Positions 1 to 8,028 of a DNA stretch of 24,689 nucleotides are shown here, piece after piece. The translations under genes and the position numbers were made by a program. Within the stretch, counting starts at the first letter, position 1, and each line of letters starts with the position of its first letter. Below the pieces are notes generated by a model. The model had not been told where the DNA came from, did not search any database, and saw only the letters and a program-made list of their open reading frames with translations. The stretch lies in the NCBI RefSeq assembly GCF_006345805.1, contig NW_021836228.1, positions 1 to 24,689 of the forward strand, given 5' to 3'. The stretch comes from Octopus sinensis (taxonomy: Eukaryota).

Positions 1-1271
1 ATGACCAAAAAAGAAGAAAATTTACTTGTGTAAGTCTCAATCATTCGACAGAGATTTATTTGAATGGTTTGTCAAAAAACGATTATTTGGGTTCATATTC
101 AATGAATATCTTTTGAAGTTGATGTCTTTAAAAATTGCGAAAGTTTGTATTACTCAAGGATTTCAAGCATCAAATGGATAGCTTGAGAAATTAAAAAATC
201 GATATCGAATTGCTTTCCGTGCTTTATGTGAGGAGAATAAAATTGTTAAAACCTTCATGATTGAAAATTTTACAAAAAGTCTCAATAGATCTGTCGATCT
301 CTTCGAACTGCTGGATTCCACACACAATTGGAACCTGCAGGGATTTTCGTAGAGGACGGCAGAAGACCCGATGGGATGACCACATTTCCATTTCAGAGGG
401 GAAAGTGTCTGGTTTGGGACGTCACGTGTGTGAACTCCTTTTCCAATCAGAATATCAAATTATGCATCGAGAATCCGGGAGCCCCGTCTGAACGGGCTGA
501 GATAGAAAAACTGAGAATACGCTGGAATTGGGAATGGCAGAGTGTTTGTCCCCCTGGCTGTTGAGACGTCAGGAATACAGGGGCCTTCTACTCGGACCCT
601 ACTCCAGCGCATTGCCTCATTAATCGAAAGGGTTACCGGCGACCCGTGTGAGCACCGGTATTTAAACGAACGAATATCTATAGCCATAGTCAGAGGCAAT
701 ACTCTGGCTATCTGCCAATGACGATTTTTCTCTTGACCTAATTTGATTAATAAATTGACGTTGTCTAAAAAAAGTCTCAATAGAAAATTAGAACAATACG
801 AAACTGGATTGTTTTTAATCTTTTGGTGAACAGAAAATTAGCCGTTGACTCGGAAAAAAATCTGTTGATTCTTAAAATGATCAAATTGACGACGTCAATT
901 TTATGAAGAACTATTTGAGAAAACTAATACAGCAAGATCGAGTTGAAGAGTAAAATGAAAAAATTTATACTCCGACAATATATGAAGTTAGTGAATATGC
1001 GAAGGCGCTTGAATTATTGTTTCTTGAGAATGATTATGAACAAAGAGGAAAAATATACGAAATACAAAAAAACTTTAAAAATTATCAAACTAATCATTCT
1101 CAAAAAATCACCGATTACGTGATTAAAATCTCTAAATAATCGCTTTAATTATACTTTAATTATTGTTTATTGTTATTTGGATTCCTTGTTTTATTTTTTT
1201 GTTCACTATAGACAATAGTGAACATGATGTTTTGATGTGGACATTTTGTTCACTATAGAGAAGGTTGACAG
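1..1271 (+). mobile_element. pogo/Tigger-type DNA transposon remnant (5' end outside window), catalytic domain largely deleted, interrupted by a CRE insertion at 290-768
   Basis: About 155-240 reads QGFQASNG*LEKLKNRYRIAFRALCEE (CENP-B/Tc5 HTH motif FxASNGWL). Removing the CRE insert rejoins ENFTKSLNRKLEQYETGLF (DETGLF remnant). The end reads ...NHSQKITDYVIKISK* (~1137), like Tigger C-termini. Right TIR-like tgttcactatagagaaggttgacag at 1247-1271 resembles the reverse complement of the left TIR at 11781. Confidence 0.8.
290..768 (+). mobile_element. 5'-truncated CRE-clade non-LTR retrotransposon (RLE domain and 3' UTR) with 16-bp TSD
   Basis: EPAGIFVEDGRRPDGMTTFPFQRGKCLVWDVTC, then after one frameshift FVPLAVETSG...RISIAIVRGNTLAICQ* (stop 719-721). 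Flanked by the exact direct repeat aaaaagtctcaataga at 274-289 and 769-784. Confidence 0.9.
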
Positions 1272-1872
1272 AACCATTTTAATTTAGATTATGAATTATT
1301 TAGACAAAGTTGTCTTTCGATTCACAGATTTTGTTTTTTTAATCGAGTATTCTAAAATTCCGAACAGTTCATTTATATTTTTTCTTTTTACACAAATTTC
1401 AAAAGTCGATGATGTTTGTCAAACTTGAAATTATCTGTTTTTACAAGAACTCAAAAAATTGTTTTATAAACTAAATTACTGTTTTTCATACATTTCATGA
1501 AATAAGTCGTTGGCCATCAAACAGTCTTACCGATTTTTGCCTTTTTTTTATAAAAAGCAGAACACATGTGACTTTACTATGTCTTGTGACATAGTTGTTG
1601 GAAACGAAGCTCTAATGGTCTTCAGTCTTGGACTTTACCCATCTTTGCCTTCCAGAAAGGGTACCTCTAAACTCAGTATTCAAAAAATAGGCGCCAAAAA
1701 AGAACTTGTACGTCACGTAGAATTCCACCTCCGCGATTTCTTGTCTCCGCGCTTTCGATATAGCCACGCTAAAGTCCATCTTGTTTTAGGACAGCTCTTA
1801 AGACTAAATGAAACCGTTTTGATTGATTGAACTTTAAAGCGAAAACATCACTATTCGTTAAAGTTTTGACCT

Positions 1873-1905
1873 GGACATTTTGTTTACTATAGAGTGGGTT
1901 GACTG
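1873..1905 (+). mobile_element. second right-hand pogo/Tigger-type TIR
   Basis: ggacattttgtttactatagagtgggttgactg nearly repeats 1239-1271. Its last 24 nt are the reverse complement of the left TIR at 11781 (cagtcaaccctctctatagtcaac) at 22/24 positions. Confidence 0.7.
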
Positions 1906-1945
1906 GATTATAATTCCTATGATTGGCGTGTTATCATACATTAGC

Positions 1946-2400
1946 ATGCCAGAATTATTAAAAAAAGCTAGGAAAATAAAAGAAGAGAACCGTGTATTTA
2001 AAAATGATTAAGAAATTAAATATTTTATAATCGAAAAGACAGCAAGGCACATTGTTATTTATGTCACAGGGTGATAAATGTTATGCAATCATTTAATGTT
2101 GAGAAACACTACAAAACTCACAGTAAAGTATATGATTGCTAGTAAGGAGATTCCAGGATAAGGAAACTGGAATCAGTAAAACCAGCAAATGATTCTAAAG
2201 CCGTACAAGCTTCATCTTTTGGAAAACTCAAATTTCATCTTGCGATACAACACATTTTATCTACTTTCTGAGAATAAAGGGGTGTCAAACATGCGGCCCA
2301 GTTACTGCAAGCTATGAAATCAGCAGAATGCTTGCAATGAATGGAAAATCATATTGTGATAGTGATTTCATCAAACAATGTTTTAGAAAAACAGCCAAGC
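1946..2400 (+). pseudogene. hAT (Charlie/SPIN/GTF2IRD2-like) transposase N-terminal fragment with an internal hAT-like TIR
   Basis: MPELLKKARKIKEENRVFKND*EIKYFIIEK, then after a frameshift CYLCHRVINVMQSFNVEKHYKTH (zinc-finger-like CxxC...HYxTH), later TASYEISRMLAMNGKSYCDSDFIKQCF. aggggtgtcaaacatgcggccc at ~2278-2299 resembles Charlie-type TIRs. Confidence 0.75.
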
Positions 2401-2697
2401 ACTACAAGGACCGAACGAACAACTACTCATCGCCCCATTTAATGAAATATTGAGAAGAAACCTCGGGGTTACAAGGCCTAAAACACCACCATCGCGCCCT
2501 CACAGAAATTGTGCCGGGACAAGGGAGGAGCACCGGGCAAGGTTGAGGACCCTCCTCAGAGAACCCGGGATCACCTGATTAATTAGTTTTATGCTTTGGA
2601 CGGTGATCTTGGTTCTAATAATAATTGCTCGTCATTTTCTAAATCTCGCCATTAATTTAAAAAAATTTTTTTTGGTTAAACTATTTTTTATATTAAA

Positions 2698-2766
2698 CTA
2701 GCTCAGCAGTTCGCTTCGCTCACTGCAAGCTAGCTCCTGCGGAGGCCCTGCTCGCTACGCTCGCAG
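2698..2766 (-). terminator. Helitron 3' terminal hairpin region with two tandem CTAG ends
   Basis: Minus strand: ctgcGAGCGTAGCGAgcag (2766-2748), ctccGCAggag (~2744-2734), CTAG (2733-2730), gcagtGAGCGAAGCGAactgc (2726-2706), CTAG (2701-2698). Confidence 0.8.
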
Positions 2767-2918
2767 TTTCCTTAAATAACTATAAATTTATGTAGATATA
2801 AATGCGACCTGCTTTGATATAACCTTATTCTAAGGCCTGTGGATAAACGATGTTTGCAGTCCGTCCATCCTTGGCAAATATAAATAAATTTCTCTTCTTC
2901 TACCTACCCTTGAGCAAC

Positions 2919-3479
2919 AGGCAAGAAAGCGACACACAAAAAAGCGACAGGCAAGAAAGCGACACACAAAAAAGATTTGATTAATTACCTTATTAAGCTG
3001 ACCGTTTTTTCTTCAGCTTCGTTTTTCCTTCTTCGGTTATCTATTAAAAAAATTATTTTTGAATAATAAAAAAGTTTAGGATAAGAGGCATACCGAAAAT
3101 AAATTCTATCTTTACGAAAAACTTCTTTTCTTAAGGTCGTCTTCCCTCCTTCGGTTATCTATTGAAAAAATTATTTTTGAATAATAAAAAAGTTAGGAAA
3201 AGAGGAATACCGAAAATAAATTCAATCTTTACGAAAAACTTAACTAAATAGTTAATATTTTTACGCAAATTCTTCTGATTGCGCTGTCAATGGGTGGTAA
3301 ATTGTGTTAATGATTGTCCTAATGTGATTTCAACTATCAAAGTGTTTTTCAAAATCTGTTAATTGCACACTCTATTCAAGGTCGTGCGTCAATTTGTGGT
3401 AAATTGTGTTAATGATTGTGCTAATGTGGTTTCAACTATCAAAGTGGTTTTTTCAAAATCTGTTAATTGCACACTCTAT
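2919..3479. repeat. three pairs of internal tandem duplications in the Helitron (~30 bp, ~118 bp, ~100 bp periods)
   Basis: aggcaagaaagcgacacacaaaaaag occurs twice (~2919, ~2949). cttcggttatctatt...ctttacgaaaaactt occurs twice (~3031, ~3150). gtggtaaattgtgttaatgattgt...gcacactctat occurs twice (~3293, ~3396). Confidence 0.85.
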
Positions 3480-3665
3480 GATAATAGCTTTAATTTTGAT
3501 TCATGGTCGTTAATGATATATGCATTTAATTTTAAAGAGAAAACATAGGATGAATTGAATTTCTTTATCGCGAATAATTGGGAGTTCATCATTGTTAATA
3601 TTCTCGCTGTCGTTTTCATCAAGGATATTCTTAATACGTGAGATTTTTGCCTGGAAAGTTTTAAT

Positions 3666-4541
3666 GGACCTCATCATGAATGTCGAGGACATCCGCGTTG
3701 TTCATTTTAATCAAAATGCAGAAAATAATTTTTTTGATTTTTTGGCGGGAGGTTTTAAGGACCTCATCATGTAAGTCGAGGACATCGTAGTTGTTCATTT
3801 TAACCAAAATGCAGAAAATTTTTTTTAATTTTTTTGGGGGGGAAGGTTTTAAGGACCTCATCATGTAAGTCGAGACATCGTAGTTATTCATTTTAACCAA
3901 AATGCAGAAAATTTTTTTTAATTTTTTTTGGGGGGAAGGTTTTAAGGACCTCATCATGTAAGTCGAGGACATCGTAGTTGTTCATTTTAACCAAAATGCA
4001 GAAAATTTTTTTTAATTTTTTTGGGGGGGAAGGTTTTAGGACCTCATCATGTAAGTCGAGGACATCGTAGTTGTTCATTTTAACCAAAAGCAGAAAATTT
4101 TTTTTAATTTTTTTGGGGGGAAGGTTTTAAGGACCTCATCATGTAAGTCGAGGACATCGTAGTTATTCATTTTAACCAAAATGCAGAAAATTTTTTTTAA
4201 TTTTTTTGGGGGGAAGGTTTTAAGGACCTCATCATGTAAGTCGAGGACATCGTAGTTGTTCATTTTAACCAAAATGCAGAAAATTTTTTTTAATTTTTTT
4301 TGGGGGGAAGGTTTTAAGGACCTCATCATGTAAGTCGAGGACATCGTAGTTTTTCATTTTAACCAAAATGCAGAAAAGTTTTTTTTATTTTTTTTTTTTT
4401 GGGGGGAAGGTTTTAGGACCTCATCATGTAAGTCGAGGACATCGTAGTTGTTCATTTTGACCAAAACGCAGAAAAATTTTTTTTAATTTTTTTGGGGGGA
4501 AGGTTTTAAGGACCTCATCATGTAAGTCGAGGACATCGTAT
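3666..4541. repeat. ~93-bp minisatellite, 9 full units plus 1 partial, inside the Helitron
   Basis: The unit ggacctcatcatgtaagtcgaggacatcgtagttgttcattttaaccaaaatgcagaaaattttttttaatttttttggggggaaggttttaa starts at 3666, 3759, 3853, 3946, 4039, 4131, 4224, 4318, 4416 and 4510. Confidence 0.97.
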
Positions 4542-4562
4542 TGCCAATTTGAAGTTGGTGTG

Positions 4563-4614
4563 CACACACAGACAGACAGACACACAGACAGACACACAGA
4601 CAGACAGACACACA
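4563..4614. repeat. (CAGA/CACA)n microsatellite near the Helitron 5' end
   Basis: cacacacagacagacagacacacagacagacacacagacagacagacacaca. Confidence 0.95.
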
Positions 4615-4786
4615 CCATACCATTTTATTATTAAGATATTTCAACCACGCTAAATTCAACATGCGTAAGTTCACAAGATTGTCTTGTAATGAAAAACGTC
4701 GCATTATTGCGTACATGGAGGAGAACAAAAGTCGCACGATGGACCGTATAGCTTACATTTTTTCTTCTGTTTTGAAGAACAAATAT

Positions 4787-4817
4787 CCATGCAACTGGAT
4801 TCTCACAGCAACTGTAC
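4787..4817. repeat. 31-bp sequence shared with 17997-18027, directly left of viral-like cargo
   Basis: ccatgcaactggattctcacagcaactgtac versus ccatggaactggattctcacagcaactgtac (30/31). Flanks diverge immediately on both sides. Confidence 0.95.
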
Positions 4818-6091
4818 TGAGCCTTGCTTGATTTGTCCAAAACAATGGTAAGTATGATCTTATTAAATTTGGTACAGCTGCATCCAGGAGGACACCAAGA
4901 GAAAACGGAATGATTGTCAGCAGGGGAATGACTATGTACCACGACCCGCCCAATGAGGAAGATTGGGGTGATATTGCGAACAGCCTACTCGGTATAGGTA
5001 TTAACATGAGATACATGGAGGGCTCTCCAATTTACTCGCTTGCAGAAAAAATTGAGAACTCCGGGTCTTGCTGGAGTGCATCTTTTCAGAGTTCGACACT
5101 TTCAACAAACATTCAGTCCAAAGTTGTCTTTTGGAAGGAGACAAACATCTTTTGTACAATACGGCGTGTATTACAGAACTAATGGAATTCTTATATTTGC
5201 CAGTGTCACATGGGTATATAAAGCAAAGAAAAAGTGGCCTTCAATTAAAGACATTGACTATTGTTGTACGCGCGCGTTGTTGTGGTGCACTTTTTCTATT
5301 CATTTGCTATTTGTTATTCAATTCAATAATTCTCTCTCTCATTCCATTTCTCTTTATTCTCTCTCTTTTCCCATTTCTTTTTGTCATACCACGACCCGCC
5401 AAATGAGGAAGATTGGGGTGATATTGCGAACAGCCTACTCGGTGTAGGTATTAACATGAGATACATGGAAGGCTCTCCAATTTACTCGCTTGCAGAAAAA
5501 ATTGAGAACTCCGGGTCTTGGGATGAGGGGCTTGCAGTTTCATTCTTATATGAGTACATTAAGACATGGAAAGTGTCATGTGAGGTCGAGATTGACAAAG
5601 TAGTGTTCTTCAAGAAAGACCTCAGTTTAGAACGACTCTGAACATATGCCATAGAGGTAACATTTGTTACACTAGGTTTATGATTCTTCAGAAGCATTAC
5701 AAAACCACAATGAATGCTGTATTGGGTTGCATGGTATATGAGTCATGCTATGAAGAAATCGCCCGCTTCATTGACTACATATGGAAAGTTAGAGGGAAAG
5801 AGTCATTAATTGGTTATCTGAAACCCCTCCATGCCGTCAGAAGCAGTGCTTTTTCAGGAAACCACTTGAAACATGTGTACATGTACTTTATGCGGGATCG
5901 TAGTTAATAATGCATTTTTTAATGCTAAGAGCTTATACTCGGATGGAAATGCAATTGTAAGTGCAATGATCTTTTACCATTTGGCGAGAGGCGGGTCAGT
6001 GGTGAAGTCTGCTGTTGGTGTGGATCCAGATGCGGTCATCATGGATTGCATCGGTCAAGAGAGAGAAGTTAATGGATTTTGCAAGTTCTGA
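4818..6091 (+). pseudogene. endogenous rhabdovirus-like nucleoprotein (N) gene, with stops, frameshifts and an internal duplication/insertion
   Basis: YEEIARF...SLIGYLKPLHAVRSSAFSGNHLKHVYMY/TLCGIVVNNAFFNA aligns by eye with the conserved lyssavirus N segment EEIxRMF...[44 protein letters not shown]. The upstream FVQNNG and LAVSFLYEYIK segments resemble rhabdovirus N N-terminal segments. Confidence 0.65.
4937..5520 (+). repeat. 134-bp direct repeat (4937-5070 and 5387-5520) flanking a 316-bp unrelated insert
   Basis: tacc acgacccgcc...ccgggtcttg occurs twice with 3 mismatches; both copies encode YHDPPNEEDWGDIANSLLG(I/V)GINMRYMEGSPIYSLAEKIENSGS. Confidence 0.97.
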
Positions 6092-6104
6092 AGGGAAAAA
6101 TTTA

Positions 6105-7121
6105 TATAATAAAAAAGTATCATTCCGAAATTTTTGAAGTTGACGGGATGACCCTTTTCCCATTTGAGAGCGGAAAAGTCCTCGTATGGGATGCAACCTG
6201 CTGGGATACATTCTCTGTTTCACATCTAACCTCGTGTGCTCAAGTCTGTTTCACTTGTTCTTGTTCTTTACAATAAAAAATTCTGTTCTGTTATTTGTCA
6301 TTTTATAATATTTATCGTGACAAAATAGATTTTGAAATAGAGTTCAAATATTTTTTTTGAATTTTTTTCCAAGTCCGAAAGTATAACCACCTAGGCTCGG
6401 TGCACCCAAGGCCTGTGACATAATAATTTATAAAAATAATATAACAATAATTAAATTCGTGTTAGATTAAAAAAAAAGTCTAGAAAAAAAAATATAACAA
6501 TAATGATTAAAATTTGGTAGAAATTAATCATTTTAGATTTTAGGGCGCTAAAATACAAGATCGCCAAATCCGGAAACAAATAAATAAAAGTTTGCTAAAA
6601 GAATATAAAGAATAGAACTTTCTATCAAAAAATAAGGTAAAATTCAAAGAATAAAGATAATTGAGAAGATTTCAAATAAGAGATATAAACAGATTGAAAG
6701 AATAAACTGACAAATATTACAAAATGATGAAATTTCAGATAATTTATTAATTAAAAAAAACTACATCGAAAAATATTCCTTCTAATCCAATTAAATAAAA
6801 AAATAAAGATTGACCAAATAATGTAGCAGGACAACAAGGTATGTCAAGAGTGCTCACACGTGCCACAATTTATTATGTTTTCTATTAATAATTGGGTAAC
6901 TAAAAATTAAGATAATTTTAATTAAAACACAATCCTACCGAGTAGCTTATAAACAGTGTAAATACCAGAGGGGATATCTCAATGATGGCAAATTGTGAAA
7001 CAGACTTGCGAGAAGATTTTGCTTTGCAGATTAGAGCAGATTGTTTCCTTGGAACTTTTGCTCCAGTAATTTTCGAGGAGTTTGTTTAGTTCTAGCTATA
7101 TTTTTCAGAACCGATTCAGAC
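6105..7121 (+). repeat. ~1-kb block duplicated at 19978-20954: ATTCCGAA head, CRE RLE piece (~6140-6240) and AT-rich body
   Basis: Collinear with 19978-20954 apart from a few indels. Starts tataataaaaaagtatcattccgaaa, contains DGMTLFPFESGKVLVWDATCWDTFSVSHL, and ends gaaccgattcagac. Confidence 0.95.
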
Positions 7122-7320
7122 GAGTTATTTTTGTTTTATATTATTCCGAATTTTTAAACAACATTATGGAATGGAATCTTTTATTGTAATTAACAGAGAA
7201 AAGAAAGTGACAGGAATTTAGGACGGTGATAGGACGAGACTGATGCCTAGGCAACTGAACTCTTCTGAGCTTGCGTCCAATTCAGCTGTCGTGAGCCAAA
7301 GTTAAGAAAGTAGGTTCATA

Positions 7321-7606
7321 CTTCTGAGCCTTCTAGGCCTGTATGCTTCTGAGCTTTCTAAGCTTCTGAGCTTTCTGAGCTTTCTAAGCTTCTGAGCTTT
7401 CTGAGCTTTCTGAGCTTCTGAGCTTTCTGAGCTTCTGAGCTTTCTGAGCTTCTGAGCTTTCTAAGCTTCTGAGCTTTCTAAGCTTCTGAGCTTTCTAAGC
7501 TTCTGAGCTTTCTGAGCTTTCTGAGCTTCCGACCTTTCTGAGCTTTCTAAGCTTCTGAGCCTTCTGAGCCTTCTGAGCTTTTTGAGCTTCTTCTGAGCTT
7601 GAGCTT
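7321..7606. repeat. compound 8/9-bp tandem repeat (TTCTGAGC / TTTCTGAGC / TTTCTAAGC), about 30 units
   Basis: Directly visible; mixed 8- and 9-bp units, so no consistent reading frame. Confidence 0.97.
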
Positions 7607-7694
7607 ATACCACATTATTCCGAATTTTTTCGAGTAATGCAAAAAATTATCATTCCGAAAATTTTTGGTTAATTCACTCATCATTTTTAAAAAT

Positions 7695-7868
7695 TAAATG
7701 CGCAGTGAGTGCGCATTGAGATTTTGGCTCCGAGCTTGCGGAGGAACTTTTCCGTCTTTGGACCAAAAACACTCGACGTTTCCACCGCTATCGGCACCAC
7801 GAAAAACTTTTCGAAAGGGTAGAATATTTGGAAAGCTTTAAATCTTCAGGCTTTTTAGCAGCTGATCT
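7695..7868 (-). mobile_element. CRE-clade RLE C-terminal fragment, paralog of 21522-21690
   Basis: Near-identical to ~21522-21690. The minus strand reads SAAKKPEDLKAFQIFYPFEK.../VPIAVETSSVFGPK-like sequence. Confidence 0.85.
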
Positions 7869-8028
7869 GATCGTTCTCTGTTTTTTCTTTAATTAGTACA
7901 CTAGTAATTTAGTTTGTAATCTCGCAAAATTCATCAATTTAAGCAATAGTTACAATTATTTGATGGTGCTGATAATTTAATAAAATGATTCTATGAATAA
8001 ATTAATGATAAATTAAAAGTTAGATTAA

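Larger units (their letters stand above)
2698..4636 (-). mobile_element. complete non-autonomous Helitron (1939 bp)
   Basis: On the minus strand it starts TC (TCTTAATAATAAAATGG followed by a GTCT/GTGT microsatellite) and ends in a GC-rich hairpin plus CTAG. It is inserted between A and T with no TSD. The empty site is reconstructible from the pogo paralog at ~22050-22110. No Rep/helicase ORF. Confidence 0.9.
2624..4786 (+). mobile_element. pogo/Tigger 5' fragment (2624-2697 and 4637-4786) split by the Helitron
   Basis: Joining 2697 to 4637 restores ggttaaacta...aaatatttcaaccacgc...caacATG, collinear with 22049-22111. 4661-4786 encodes MRKFTRLSCNEKRRIIAYMEENKSRTMDRIAYIFSSVLKNKY versus MRKCTRLTFNEKRRIIAYIDDNKHMTMEHIASVFSFIKKKF at 22109. 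Confidence 0.85.

Noticed and set aside
3666-4541. CRISPR array or repeat protein (ORFs MSSTYMMRSLK..., MVKMNNYDVLDLHD...)
   Set aside because: The units are contiguous with no unique spacers, there are no cas genes, the context is eukaryotic, and run-length variation shifts the frames, so the ORFs are artefacts.
4792-4812. 31-mer as an LTR primer-binding site (TGG...) or a known spliced leader
   Set aside because: The complement does not resemble a tRNA 3' end, no LTR is adjacent, and it does not match the nematode, trypanosome, flatworm or dinoflagellate leaders I recall.
5071-5386. mariner/Tc1 C-terminus in the filler (YYRTNGI...)
   Set aside because: The resemblance is only a few residues, with no RW or WxxI context and no TIR.
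7230-7300. Hammerhead ribozyme (ctgatg)
   Set aside because: The core needs CUGANGA and a downstream GAAA with flanking stems; here ctgatg is followed by cc and the stems are absent.
7321-7606. Telomeric repeat
   Set aside because: The mixed 8/9-bp units have no G-run and do not match telomere repeats I know; the array is internal.
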